Assembly (NCBI GenBank): GCA_965285935.1 | Contig: OZ260665.1 | Location: forward strand, 52,018,001-52,082,000 | Reading direction: 5' to 3' | DNA: 64,000 nt | DNA from: Ophelia neglecta | Lineage: Eukaryota | Part shown: positions 14,391-28,680 of the stretch, one piece after another | Numbering within the stretch: the first letter of the stretch is position 1 | Layout of the letters: each line of letters starts with the position of its first letter | Notes under the pieces: model-generated | Databases searched by the model: none | What the model saw: only the letters and a program-made list of their open reading frames with translations | What the model was told of the DNA's origin: nothing | Made by a program: the position numbers and the translations under genes

Positions 14391-17300
14391 TGATTGAACA
14401 AAATAGGAAAGGATTACTGTAGTAGTGCACATTCATGTGGATTTTTCTTACAGTTCTGCGATTTCTTTTCTTTTGGCCAGAACCCTATTACAATCAAGGA
14501 CATGTATGCTTTCTTTAGTGCATGCATCAATTATATTATTTCAACAGCCTGGTGATTCATCTCCCAGGAGTTGAGTCAGAGAATGTAGTGGTATTGCAAA
14601 ATGCACATTGTCCAAATTGACTCCAATGTGTTTGAAGGGGGGCTATTATCTCCTTGAGTGTATACAAATGGGTATTGCTCGTGTATTTATTATAATCACA
14701 GCACAAATGGCTTCCTTGCAACGTTTGTGTATAAAAACATCGAACATCAAGTAAGAGGACCAATAAGAACAGGCAAAAAGGATAGAAATGCCTGTGAATT
14801 TACTGCATTTAAATAACAAGGAACACATTGTGCAAAAAAGAGTGTGGTAAATGTGACCTCTGACCTTTGACGTACAGTGATCTGCCGGCAGAAAATGTAT
14901 GTATTTGCAAATGTTTGATTTTAAGAACAGTTTGCTGAAACAAATTAAATATTCTGCCTAATACTACATACCACATATTAGAGGTGTTCATGTAGATTCC
15001 TCAGATGCTTTTGCCGAGAAATATATACAAAGATTGTCATAAAAATACCAAGATGAACAAAATGGTGGTTCAAAACACAGTTATCAGCTATTTTACCTAG
15101 AAAAGGCTGTCTTGGTTATTATGGTCACCTACCGGTAATTCATAATGTCAAAAATGAAAAGTCGGATCGTGAAAAGCAAAAAAAAAAAAAAAAATGCATG
15201 ATCTCAGCAGGGCATTTTAAGTGCAGTTGGTTTCTTTCGCACTTTGTATTAATTTAAATATCTCATCCATTGCAAGTAGATGCACATTTTTAATATGATT
15301 CACGGAAAATCCATGACAGGGGTCGTTCTTTGAACAAAAAGATGAATTTAATTATTTAGTCAGTATTCACAGGGTTAAAGTTTATATGTGTTAGAACATT
15401 AAACTTTTTTTTCTAAAGTCAAGCTACAAATGGCATTATATTATATGCATTTATACATATAATTGGATACTAAGCACAGGTTATAAGACCACTGAAAAGT
15501 CCAGCATTTCATCCTAGGTAGAAGTGGGCTGTTTAGGAAATTCAGGGTTTGAAGGCATTGCATATGATATATTATACCAGTTTTGAATGATGTCATAAAG
15601 TTGACTTAAATTGACTTCTGACATTATTTTATATTTATATTTTGTCTAGAGTCTCCTAAAACAAAGTATGCAGGTCTCATGTTAAATTTAACGTTGTAAC
15701 CTTGATGTAAGTAGAGGTCACTGGCCAGGTATTACATGCATATGTGTAGATATGGGTGTAACCACAACAGTTACTCAGCAATCACATAACGCACAACCTG
15801 GGAACTGATATTGGTAGAACTCCACAAAGTTCGTTCAATAGGTGTGTCAGTCAAGGGAACATTAACATAATGATATTCATATCACATTATAAATACTATT
15901 GTAATGAACAAACTGGAATTTATTCAGTGCAAGCATGCCCTATTTCTAAGTGATCTCTTCTCTAAAAGATAGGCACAAATACTAATCTAAACATACTTGT
16001 TTTACTCCTCTGTATCCTAAAAGAAACATGACAAGCTCTTGTACAAATATTATAGGATATGTCACAGTACTTTAAAGGAACTCACGGGGTGTTATTGGGA
16101 ACTTTTGTCTTGCATTAGGAAAATACATTCCAGTTAAATTTATTTTTTTAGATACTTTTTAGAGTAACGTGCTAAAAATTGACATGTTCCCTAATTTGAA
16201 TAATCTTACTAAATGATTATCCAAATTCTAAAAACCATTCGATTATGATTAGTTTGCTTCATGAAGCACAGGTTCCGATAGGTCCCTAGGTCTTGAATAC
16301 ACAAGATAAGGGTCTGGGAGCAGGGTAGTATAAAGGCTGATCAGTATTATAACTTGCATATTTAAACTTTTCACAAAAAATCTCTACAGCTATTTAGTAA
16401 TGCTCACCACCTGACACTAAGTCCCCGAGATTTTCTACTAGTGTTTTAAAAGTATTTGTATTTGTCATCAAATGTCAACTAGCAGCTTAGGTTAGTGGAT
16501 CTTAACTTCCACCTTAACTTAAAGCTCCCCGCTTTATTTGCGACCTAGGCTAGTGATAAATGAGCTAGGTAGTATACAGCTGATATCCATAGATGCTTCA
16601 ACCACCGAGAAATATTACGATTATTGATTCTCTTGCATAATGCATAATGTAGAATGTTGTACATATTCTTAACAATCAATGAATGAATCATGTTTTCTTA
16701 TTGTCACTGGTGACTTCCATTATTTATCATGCACTGTAGTAGTTTCTATGTCATTGATTATCTGCAGCTTTGATATTTTCCAAATATTGAACTCACCAGG
16801 ATTGCATTTTGCACTTGAGAAGGTGCATAAATCATTTAGGACAGATTAAGTCAATTGTAACAAATAGTAACTATTTCCAAGTCTGTATATTAGCCTTCTG
16901 TTGTAAGTTTTCTTAGGGCACATCTCCTACTCTAAGCCTTGTGCCCAGTTTTTTAACTCATTTGGATAAATATTTTGTGTGCTCACAGTGTAATTCATTT
17001 ATGAAGCTGCAGTAGGTCAATAGACTGTGGAAATGTGGTATAATTATTTCTGTAAATATATAGATATGATGGTACAATTTTGACCCGACTTTACTAGGTA
17101 CTTTTGAGACTTCCTACTTGGTTGTATAATCCATGTATTGTGCAAGGTTAAGTTATTGTGGCCCTTTTGCCATGGGTAATAAGTATTCTGCAGTGTTGTG
17201 ACTAGTCGTGAGTATAAATCTCTTCTAATGTTACAAATGTACAGTATTAGCATTTTTGGGATAATATATCCAGCATTTTCATTTAAAAAAGTCTGGAAAT

Positions 17301-17562
17301 ATATTTATTGAACACACATGAACCTTCATATATTAAGAGGCCACAAAAGATATTGTGTACCTTACTAAAAATAAGAAATGATATAATTCTTATACTGGAT
17401 GCTTAATTTCCAATCTAGGCAAAGCTTTAAAAAATAAATTATAAAAAATTATTAGAAATTGTTATTGTTCAACATGCACGAGAAGAATTGTTATAATGCA
17501 CCTGGTATATTTCATGTTGATATTATTTATGAATGGTTGTGATGATACTTTCTACTGTATAT

Positions 17563-17568
17563 AATAAA
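17563..17568 (+). terminator. Candidate MMD polyadenylation signal AATAAA (alternative at 17433-17438)
   Basis: These are the first canonical AATAAA hexamers I found downstream of the MMD stop codon, implying a 3' UTR of about 3.0-3.2 kb. Confidence 0.4.
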
Positions 17569-17593
17569 CTCGTTTCTCAGACATAACAATGCT

Positions 17594-17599
17594 TTTATT
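17594..17599 (-). terminator. Candidate polyadenylation signal of aminopeptidase gene A
   Basis: TTTATT on + (AATAAA on -), about 160 nt after the gene A stop codon at 17761. Confidence 0.5.
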
Positions 17600-17760
17600 T
17601 CATTTTTACTGAGTAATGAAACAACTACTATATAAATTTTAAGTTTTAAAATAATTACTTGGAAATCTCAACATTCTTGATGGTTTCCTGTTCCAGGATG
17701 ATAATTATAACCTAGAAATTTTGACATTCTGGTTTTGCCGGACACAAGAATATTTCATAC

Positions 17761-20700
17761 TTATATGTTAATGTTTTCTTGGAGCCAGTTGGAGATTTCT
17801 CGCTCATTACGTTTCATCCAAGAAATGTTAGCCTCAATGTTTGCTATAGAGTTGGCCCTATTTGCAGCACCAGGTCCTGCATCTGGGTACTTGGCATAGA
17901 AATCCTGGACCTGGTAACAAATTATAGCAATTCTCACAAAAGTATTGAACGTTTTGTTACTTTTTTGTGTGGTAATTCAATTATTAATCTGTCGCGAAAT
18001 GAAAGCTCAAGAATATTGTAATCGCATACATATGTATAATGTATATGTATGAATATCTCTATGCGCAAATTTAAAAACACGTAAAATGTCATTTTTTGGC
18101 AAAACCGAGAATTTAAACCCATACGAAAAATGTTATATTAAAAAACAGTTGTAAGTGGTAAGTTGGAACAAATACCTCTTTTAATTTGTATTCAGTGTTG
18201 TAATAGTATACAATATTGGGGACTATGGCTGCAAAATATCTGTCCTCTATCCCAAATCTACAAAATAAGGTACACATTCTGAATCATGTTAAATTATTCA
18301 CATAACATTTGCTGTGATACCTCCACAAGTTAACCCACTTTTCATATGGATTATGGATGAAGGCATGCAATCAAAATTCATTCATGGGAACCTAAACAAG
18401 ATATACATATATATTCCATACTTAATCTATTCATATTCAAAAATTCTACTGAAGGCATGTACCAATACCAATATTTCTATCCCAATTGTTGATAAATATT
18501 AGTTTACAAGTTCAACCATTACCTGTGTTACAAGTACACAAGAATCATCAATGTACTGTTAGAAAAAAAAATACCTGGAGATATTGACAAATCTTATGCA
18601 GAAGCCAATTTGACTGCTTATAATATAATTGATGCTGGTTGAATTGCAGAATCTATATGCTCACCATTCCGCTAACAACGTTGTCATGAATGCCGGTATT
18701 GCAATATAATGGCAATTTAATAGGGACATAATCCTTAAAAGAAATTGAAATTGAGATTCTAATGAACAAATCCGTAAAAATATTGCTTAAATAGTACGAT
18801 ATGGAAGCCCTATTTGAATATCTGGGCAGGTACTCGTACAGGAACGGATCTTTGGATTTGGATTTTTGGGGCTTAACGACACAGACACCATGTGGGTCAT
18901 TTAGTGTCTTAAGTTGGGTATAGTTAATCGTTTATTGTACTGTCTATGTTTATATACATGGGGATAATAGTAAGAAGTTAGCGGTTATTGAGCTCTATTT
19001 TATAAAAATCTTCTAGGTGGATGGGTCAGATGTTTTTCTGACTAAAATGTGTTAGTAAAGGAAGATAAAAGGTTAGTTGTTCAATAAATAGATAAAATAA
19101 AGTTCCATAAACTTTCGCACATTAAAATTGGTTTCCACGTTTAAGATCTACTACATTTTGTAGTAGAGATCTATAGATTTTAAGAAATTAAGGATCTGTT
19201 ATGGGCAGACCTTGTCGAATAAGGTTTTGAGGCTGTTAACGTTATAAAAACGGTATCTAGCCTCGGCGAAATCGCTACATTCCAACAGAATGTGTTGGAT
19301 GGTAATCTGGCATTGGCAGCCCTCACAAAAAGGTGGGTCCTCTCTTCTCAGAAGGTGAGTGTATGTAAAATGTGAGTGGCCGATGTGCAGACGAGACATG
19401 ATCAAGTCGTCCCTCCGGGAGGCAAGAGGCTGGATCTTTGGAAGTTGCATAGTACATTTTAACCATGAAGACTTATTCGCAGAATAAGCGTAAAACACAA
19501 ACAATAATCCCTCTGAGATCTTTGTAAGTTCTCTGTGGTTTTTTGTTAGAAAAATGAGGAATGTATAGTTACATGTGCACATGAAATAGTTTGCCTTGTA
19601 TTTTTGTCTTACTGCCTCCATGACATTAGATAAATAAGTAGATTTTCCATAAGTGAAGAGTAAGCCCAAAGTCGTCGAAGATTAACAGAAAGGGGTATTT
19701 TTTAAAGAAAATATCGCCTAAGGGTCTGGTATGAAATAAACCAGAACACCCTTAAAACCACTCATCAAACAAAAATTGTCACTGCAGGGCGCGATGTGTG
19801 AGGAATTCACTTTTGATGCCTACCTGTCGATTAGTTGATCATAGTTCTTCCTGGCCCACCTCCACACAATGGGGTTGGCGTTACGATTGGCGGACAGGTT
19901 ATTGATACACGTGTAGAAGTCTTGCTGTCGTATCTTACTCTCATCCATCGCATAACTCAACAACCTGACAAGCAAAGTCTCACGTTTTTATTATTTAAGC
20001 AGCTGCTAGATAAACAAAAACACACACAACATACAAAAACGTTAACATTATAACTTGTTTGATGAGGCAATTTTCAACTTCACAAAAAAAGGAAAGCTCA
20101 TGAAAAATTTTGTTTTTAATGTACCGCCAATCCTGAGTCGCTATAAAGGATACGTTATTCCCATGTAAAACAAAGCACAATATTTTTGTTCCATAAAATA
20201 AGTTCATGTAGCCAAGCATTTGTTTTTTATTTGACTTAGCTTGTGGCCGGGACTTGTAGTGTGTTAAATGCTGTATATGCCGACTATGGGAGATTTGTGT
20301 ATTTAACAATTTCAAGCGAGAATGCAACTTACGTAACAAACACAGAGGTTATGTAATGTAAATGATAGGGCAGTTATATATTACAAATCGAAGAGGAAAG
20401 TGTAGTTTATTAAGGAATGCGTTAATGAGAAGCTCTCAATACAGACTTCTTGACCAGCCAGATCCTGTTGGTTCGACTCAGTGCATACATCAGGATGCTT
20501 TGCTCTTGAGCAGACGTAGCTTTGGTATATCTCTCCCACATGGTGTTCCACACGACGTCTCCATCGGTCTGTTCCAAACCAAACTGGTACACCCGGCTAC
20601 GGATGTTAGTCGGCACAGAACCTCCTCTAGAAATACATTGGCCTATTCAAGTTATGATTAAATGAGGTAAGGTCAGCAGGCATGCTTCCGATGACATGGT

Positions 20701-23700
20701 ATGTACATAAAAAATTTAGCTGCTCAATTATAACATTATGATGATCACATTGATGAACTAGAGACCAATCAGCTTCATCTGTCCACTATACCAGTCGTGT
20801 GGTTTTTTCTGTGAATATAATAATCTGTAGTCGCTTAAACGCCGAAATATAGTTGTTTACGTGAAAGGCCGATCTATCGATTAGGAAACTTACACTTCGT
20901 CTTGAATCCATGCGTAGAATAGTCTTGTGGCATTCAGGAGACACCCAGAATTACCATGAGCACACGCCAAACTCATGATGTCTAATCTGTTTAGTCTTAA
21001 ATCACAAACAAACATACTTGAAACATAATATAAGGTCATATAGAATTATTGCGATTTTACAACACCTGTATATTACACAGGTGTAATATCATGGTACTGC
21101 GCAGCTATACTCGGATATCGGATGTTTTTTAATTTGTACTTTTCCAAATGGGTTCCATAGTCTGCCACTTGCAGTCTTTCCATTGAACTTTTTGTGATAT
21201 CCACTACATAAGCCTGGAATTCGGACAAGAGGAAAACAATATGTAAAGAATAAAGTATTACAATAGGCATATTTACAAGGCCAACATGCTTTCACGAAAA
21301 GGAAAGGTACTAACAGTTGGGATGCACATTCCTTGCTCGATGCTTTATCCCAAGGTTTACCATTTTGATTGAAATAGTATTCCTTTTTTTTATAGTAGTT
21401 AACGAAATTTGCGCAGGCTTACCCTCCATAGTTTGTATTCTTTCGTGCCGTACAACATATTTCCGATATAGTCCAAGCCTACTCTTGCTGATCTCCATGG
21501 AACATAGTGATCTTCACCTTTTAAATAAATTGTCAAGTCCAGCGCAAACGGATATCCCAAACGTCCGGCTTTGGCCAGATTGAACGCGTCATCCAACAAG
21601 TTGCTCCTATCTTTCTCATTCAAGACCTGCAACCAGTCATATCAGTCAATTTAGCATATTGGCTGGTATCCTGATTAGGAGAGCAAAATTAGAGATAATA
21701 CAAATATGACATTTTTTTGGAAGATAAAATTAAAACTGAAACTTTTACTCTTAATTATCAGCTGACTTCCTTCCGTGCACAAGGCAAAATGACATGGCTT
21801 ATATAGGTTATACCTTAAAGTCGTTATTGAGCTGTGTGGCAAGAAGACTCCATAATTCTGGGGAATAGTTTACTCGGTAGAACCCTGTCTCGTTTATGTT
21901 AAACTTGATCCATTCTCCAGGTGACGTGGGGTTTGGAAATGATACTGTAATGATACCGTTTAAAAGCAGATTAACCTACAAATAATTTATTGTATCAATG
22001 GTCGTGATTATTTATAAAGTAGCAAGAAAACAAACCATCTGCAACATTCATCCACCGGCTTCCAGTCTTGCCATCACGAGTATGGTAGTCTAAATATACA
22101 TGCCACTTGTAACTGAAACAGAAGTTAGTTGTTACCATGCGTAAACTAATAATTCAATACTAATTTCTGCAGTTTCCACTAAGAAACAGACACACACGGA
22201 ATTATTCACACATATGCCTTTGGGTATATTGTTAATCGAAATTTATAAGCTACAAAAACTTTCGGCGAATTTTGATTTTATCATAAATATTTGGCGCAAT
22301 TGATGCTACCGGAAATCATAAAATGTTGTATTAACTGAAATAGGACTAAAACTTAGAATGAGCGTTAATTCGGAATTGCTGGCGGTTTTCTTGCCAATTT
22401 CCCAGTCACTGAATCTGACAACTTACTGTCCATCATCATTAATCGATTTACAGTAAAGCCGTCTTGTCTTACCCATGAGGAGAGGCAGGAAGCTGAGGGT
22501 CGGCGTCTGGGTCTGCCAGGAAGCGGGATTGCCTGGCTTGTAGTTGTTCCCCGTTAATCTCTACGTCGATGACAGGGTAACCCATCTGCATTAACCATGT
22601 GTCCATGATCTCCGTCAGATCCAGCCCCATACCTGCCGCTTCAATCTCCTGCTCAATAACACAGGGCATGGGTTAATCGCAATGTTATAGTCGTTAAGAT
22701 TTTAATGTTAAACACGTTAACTATTAATTTTTAACGTTTTCCCGAAGATACGTAGATGGTTCACATTTCTTACCTTTTGCATAGAATTGATGAAATCTGG
22801 TGTGGTGACCGATTTAAGGTTAAAATCGATTAAATATTGCTGGAATAGAAGTTTTTCGTGAGTTGAATATGTAGTCTTTAAATTTGTCTCTTGCTGGCTC
22901 ATCTAACTCCAGTGAATAGAAAATCGACTATGTAGTTTAAAACTAAATAATAAAATTTAATCAAAATGAGTTAGTCACCCTATTTCCTTTAATGAACACG
23001 TCGTAGCCAAGGAACCCTTGCATCATATACAGCATCGATGCCCCCTTTGAATAGAAGAGCAGTAATAAATAGCCATATCGACCCTCTTAAAATGGTATAA
23101 ACATCTGTGTTATTGCCAGGCAAAGTTTTACATTATGCGATCTTGCCAATCTTTTTTTCCAGTGATTTAATCTACTGGTCAAAATGGTCACAGTCTGCTT
23201 AAGCTAGAATTGAACGAAACAAAGTGATCATACTTTCTAAGTGTAACACTAGGCCGGCCAGACTACTCCTTAGAGTAGCGTGGTTATCAGTATAAACGCC
23301 GTCGCTCTACTCAACCCTTAGTTAGAGCAGTCTAGAGTATGGACATAGGGCTGCTACTCAAGGTACAAACTACTATATAGCTTAGTACATTTTTGTAGAG
23401 TAGTAAAGGTTCTTTATTCCCTATGTTGATAAGCTTGCTAACAGTTTTATCAAGGCGGCCATTTGTTGACCAATGCTCTGAATCGCCTCATGAAAAAACT
23501 TCTAATGGCAGAAGTCACGTAATAAGTACAAGAATAAATATTCCACATTTGTGTCGAAGTATAACACATTTAATGATAATTTTATTGATCCTATAAAAAA
23601 TTCCAAAATTCCAACCGGACTATCAACAGGAGCTTTTACCCTACATACTGATTTTCATGATGATTTACGACCGATTTGTTGAAAATTTTGGATTAATAAT

Positions 23701-26700
23701 ATCCCTTAAATTAGTCAGTCAGGTATCTTCTCCCGTTTTATCCACATCGAGTCTCCTTTGTCCGAATATTGAAGCTGATGGGCAAGTCTCACATCCTTTT
23801 ACTGTTAAAGTTATCACATTGATGTGTGTGTGAAGCTTTAAAACACTTGACCTGGATGCGCAGGTTCACGCATTTTTAACACCTGGGTATTATTACCCAG
23901 GCCAGAACTCAGATATGTTCTAATAACACGTCTACATTACTTACCATGTGTTTGGGCAAACTCGCAATATGAACCTTTTTATTTGAGATTGTTATCCCTA
24001 AACTTCTTAAGTTTAACGTCCACGAGTCTTTTTTAAAATATAGAGCGGATAATGAAGAAGCTTTGACACTAATATAGGCCGTGGACTCACTTTGTTGTAG
24101 GAGATACTGTCGAATGCCGCGTTGGCCTGGTCAGGATTGGTGATTGGCTGGATCATCGGGCGCGAGGTAGCACTGGAGTCGGTAACCATAGCTCCCTGAA
24201 ATGTGCTGCTCACAAACTGATTCAACTGAAATCGACATCAAGTAGCTAACATCAAATAGCTAAATTATGCCTAGATCTCGATTGGTCTAAAAACATGGTC
24301 ATTTTAGGCGTTTTTATGCACGAGTTGATTACTTAAGCGGGCCCGGCTTACTTCTATTCATAAAATTGATCCATTAATAAAAAAAATTAATTGTGACATT
24401 TATTTGAACCATTGAGAAATGAGACCATAGTGTTTTAAACAAAAAAAGAATGATTGCAGACAAACACACCATTTCGAAGTCAGATATCACCCCGTCTAGA
24501 GACGGCCTAGTCCAGTAGGTGGCAAATCCTTCATTCAACCAAATTTCGTCCCACCAGTAACACGTTAAAGGGTCCCCGAAATACTGATTTGTAAAATTTG
24601 CTTATGGTTTTTTATATTACCATTTCATCCATAGATTATATATAAGTTAATTTGAATCACACGACGTTTAAAATAATTTTAAAATACTCTATATTTTTCA
24701 AAACATATCCTACTGGAAGTTTGATATAATCAGCTATAATCAATCAAATAAATTTATATTGTGAATTAAGTTCACTCACATTGTGTGAGAGTTCATGCGC
24801 GAGGGTGCTGGACAGACTTTGCTTGTCACTCGTGCTGGCTTGGTTAGGGTCAAACAGCAGACTTCTCTCTCTGTATGTTATTATACCCCAATGCTCAGTG
24901 GCTCCAGATGGGTAGTCAGGAACAGCAACCTGGTCTAATAACAGAGATGAAATACACGCGATGAAATACACGCTTTATTAATGTCTACAAGAAGACAGAA
25001 TTATATACCATTGAAACTATTTGATTCAATGTGTTGAATGGTATGGAAGCCCATTGTATATTCAAATATATAAATTTTTGATTGTATTCGTTAAGACCTT
25101 TAAACTATTAATAGCTCAGGAAGATATATTTTAGATTTGTTTACCTAGTTTTGGTAGATGATATTCCATATCCATTTCGGACATTAACCAATCCATGAGT
25201 AAAGCCCCCGTACTCAAAGCGTAATCTACTTGGTCTATCAAATCCGGTCTGGCCCAAACACGATGCTTTAAAGGTATTACAGAAAGGGTATGAATTGATA
25301 CATAGTATTCACCCACATCAGGTAGCTCCAACTCTTGGTAGGCTACATAAATATAACATGTACAGTACTATTATATTACTAGTTAAATTATACTATTTGA
25401 CGACTCCAAGGGCGTGCAATCTTCACCAATGGTGTTCTTTCTTCGATAATGAATGATATAAAGCAAGGTTATCAGTAAATGAGTTAATTGTATTACATTG
25501 TAAAAGTTATTATTGTTGCGTGTATAAATGTATTGACTAAATGGAGTCTGAAGCTAAGATTAGCATATAGGCCTTGGATTTAGGATTAACAAGTTTGGAG
25601 TAGGCTTTATAGGAATAATAAAGCTTGTGTGTCAATATACTGAATAATCTTACGATAACTTAAAAGGTGTTTCACGATATTTTGGTGATCAGACCTACCG
25701 GTATTTCTCGAAACCTGCCTCCTCCAAAGGTGTTGTTTTTGTACAGGAAGTCGGTGACGATAAAACAGACGAGATAGCTACTCATTGGTACCGAGCGTTG
25801 GAAGGTGGTCTCTCGCCATGTTCCATCCGTGTCCAATGTGCTCTATGTTGATACGTACATGTACATATTACATTACTTAAAGTTAGGAAACGGCAAAGTC
25901 AAAAAGAAATGTGTGAGTTTATTTAATGGTTCTTACTTCAACCGGCATATTTGAGATTCCAGTGAAGTTCTGCCAGTGACGCAATGTGATGGTAAATTCG
26001 GCTTTAAACCGCGGCTCGTCAAAGTGTGGGAAAGCTTTGCGGGCTTCTGTTGGTTGGAACTTGGTTGTTGCGAGCCAGCTGTAAAAGGGGAAAATAATCA
26101 TAGAAAAAACATACTTAAATTTGCCAAAAAGCTTTGAAACATTTGAAAACGCCAATATGATTTAATATTCAAGTACAAGTACAACTCGAAAAACTCAATC
26201 AAAAGATGAAGACGATTAACCTGTTTATTCTTCTGTTGTAGCATTTATGTGCTATTAGTAAAATGAAAGCACAATGGTGTAGGTAGGTTGGGACTGTTTT
26301 TACTGTCGTAGGCCCGGGCCCACCAAAATAAGCGATAACTTGAATATACTTTTTTCATGACTGAAAATGTCTGCATTGGGCTAAGTGCATACCTTTCAAC
26401 TCCTGTTAGACTATTGACGTACGTGCTCTTATAATAGCCCACGATGCCGTTGACGAGAGACCCTGTGAATTCTAATGTTAAAAACACCCTTGTCCCTTGA
26501 GACATAGGGGACACCGTCTCAACTACCCAAAACTGATTTGGGTCGTATGCGAACGCCGTGACCACCGTTATATCCTGTCCTCCAGATGTCTTTACCTCGG
26601 TCTTAGTGATTGTCATCATTTTCTGATGCACTATCAAGTAGGTGGTATTATCTAGAATATCTATCTCCATGGTAACCCGGCCCTGGAAGGTATTGCCGTC

Positions 26701-26844
26701 GAAGTAAAAGTCCGGATACATCCAGAGGTCGTAGTGGACGGGCTGGATGTTCGTGGGAAGGAAGCCATCCTCCCATGGGTCAGCAGCTCTGATATAAACT
26801 AAACTGCTCACCAGCAGCAACACCCGTCTCAGAAACAACGCCAT
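17761..26844 (-). CDS. M1 family zinc aminopeptidase, glutamyl aminopeptidase/aminopeptidase N-like, predicted secreted (gene A), 19 coding exons, 903 aa
   Basis: Exons 26844-26393, 26078-25937, 25842-25699, 25265-25145, 24934-24780, 24583-24470, 24225-24091, 23044-22979, 22839-22774, 22648-22473, 22112-22036, 21944-21814, 21626-21423, 21213-21140, 20995-20894, 20626-20447, 19964-19824, 18257-18176, 17910-17761. Total 2712 nt, all GT-AG. Motifs: [30 protein letters not shown]-x18-E (WLNEGFA), [24 protein letters not shown]. The N-terminus [20 protein letters not shown] looks like a signal peptide. Confidence 0.93.
18857..19431 (-). mobile_element. Second, shorter 5'-truncated copy of the same I-group LINE (intron 17 of gene A)
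   Basis: Reverse complement matches ~12080-12648. Encodes [10 protein letters not shown]...[21 protein letters not shown] and has the AAATCC tail. 11-bp TSD GGATCTTTGGA at 18846-18856 and 19432-19442. Confidence 0.9.
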
Positions 26845-27147
26845 TGATGTAGTGTCTCTGAAGCTCGATAATAATGTGTGTAGATGTGTGTAGGAAAGGC
26901 GCCTTTTGAGTTTTCAATAACTCAATATCATTTGTTCTTCTATTCAACCTTTGCTGAAGTATTCACCAATTATGTTTTAATATCAATCAACAAAAATTAA
27001 CTCTACAAAGGTACCATTATCATAGCTGTCATGAGCACAATTATGAGAATGCTTTTTAATGGTCGTTAGCGAATTTGTTAAGTACGTTTAAGTATAATGA
27101 GGTACTTCTCTCTTTGGTGACTAGTGGTTAGTTTAACGTGGACTCTT

Positions 27148-27179
27148 ACTGAATTAAACTCAAACAATTGACCTTTATA
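27148..27179 (-). promoter_or_regulatory. Putative TATA box plus initiator of aminopeptidase gene A
   Basis: On -, TATAAA (27179-27174) starts 29 nt upstream of the A of a TCAGT initiator (27150). A TTCAG acceptor 13 nt before the ATG suggests a short non-coding first exon. Confidence 0.45.
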
Positions 27180-27689
27180 TTAACAGAACTATCTCTTAGA
27201 TATAGGGTTGCTTTTATTTGAAATAATCAGCCTTACTATCTTAAACATAGTGGTGCAATTGTTGAATTTTTGTTTGTAGATATCAGTTTAATGTATGAAA
27301 GCGTTCACTCTGGAAATTTAATCAATTTATAGTGTAATTTAAGTAATCAACATGCATGAATGCAGATCGAGTGTGATAGCGTGTTTGGGTTATTGTCTTG
27401 ACCAGCTGTTTATTTCACATATATTGCAAATTCTCCATACATGCTTTTTAATTTTATATAGAGGATCTAAGAATAAAAATGACAGAGACCCGAATTATGG
27501 TGTATATATCGAAATCAAGGCAACGGCGAATTAGCATATTTAATCTTATATACCTTCCTGTCATCATATTAATTTTTATTTTATTTCTGTTGTTTATTTC
27601 TTAATATTTTTTATGTTACTACATCTTTTCAAGTAAACCACATAAATAATATGTGTGTAAACTGGTCATTACCTTTTTAGTTGTATATC

Positions 27690-28680
27690 TGGCACTAGAC
27701 GGGGGTGAATGCATGCTTACACCTTTCTTGTTTATTTTGTATATTAACAAGCTAGCAAACATGTGCGAAAGAGAGTGTTTAAGTATATTTATAGATGGAG
27801 ATTTCCCGTTTGTTTATTTATGTTCGCCGACGACCTATGTTTTCTCAACAACACAATTGGCAGGCTCCAACGTGAACTGGATAAATTATCAGATTTCTCA
27901 AACATGTTTGGCCTAAATGTCAGTTTAAGTAAAATACGAATAGTTGTTTTAGGAGAGGGGGAGGCTCCGCACGAATGAAATATGGTATTATAATGGTAAG
28001 AGATTGGAAACGTGTACATATTATAAATATTTAGGTATCCTTTTCTCGTTGTCTTTGTCATGGACTCTTGCTCTAGGGGAATTGGCGGCTTGAATTTTCT
28101 TTGTTTTTTTTCGTCCACGGCGTAAAGTAAGGATGCAGTCGAATATTATTAAATATGTATCTTCAGCTATTTGACAGGCTAGTCCTACCTGTTCTTTCAT
28201 TAGGGGCAGATGTTTGAGTTTATGAAATGCGACATGTCATAGGAACGGTTAAAGTTATTATAAGGAAATGTGTCTGGGGTATATCCAGTCCAAGAATGAA
28301 CCTCCCTGTTTTGGGGAAGTGTGGCCGTCATAGCTTGTGTGTACATTAGTTATTTAAAGTATCAAATTTTGAATAAAACTTGAACATAGTACTTTGGATC
28401 AGAACGTTCGAGAAACTTGTGCTATCAGTATTAAAAATATATCGCTACGCTACGGTTTAAGCTGCGTGTGGCAACACCAAGGGGGCGTGGCTAACCTTGA
28501 ATATTTCACGAGTATATTTAAGCAGAGTGTTCTAGACCTTAACAAACATGCCTGGTATTCTAGAAAAGGCGAAAAGCCGTAACTGTGCAACTACAAGGAT
28601 TTTAAGATTTTCCTTGAAGTAGGATTGGTTCATATCCATGTAGGATCTCGAAAGACAGCGAGCAGGCTTTGTATTTTTCT
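27690..28680 (+). mobile_element. Decayed non-LTR retrotransposon reverse transcriptase (CR1/L2-group-like)
   Basis: Frameshifted RT motifs GECMLTPFLFILYIN and LFMFADDLCFL...LQRELDKLSDFSNMFGLNVSLSKIRIVV, with YKYLG at ~28022. Confidence 0.8.

Noticed and set aside
19199-19669. 156-aa ORF as an independent gene
   Set aside because: Its C-terminal half is LINE ORF2 remnant bounded by TSDs; the N-terminal half is intron sequence.
23045-24779. A second exon-6 copy in gene A
   Set aside because: No further YFG...WLNEG-like exon found in the neighbouring introns; the duplication appears specific to gene B.
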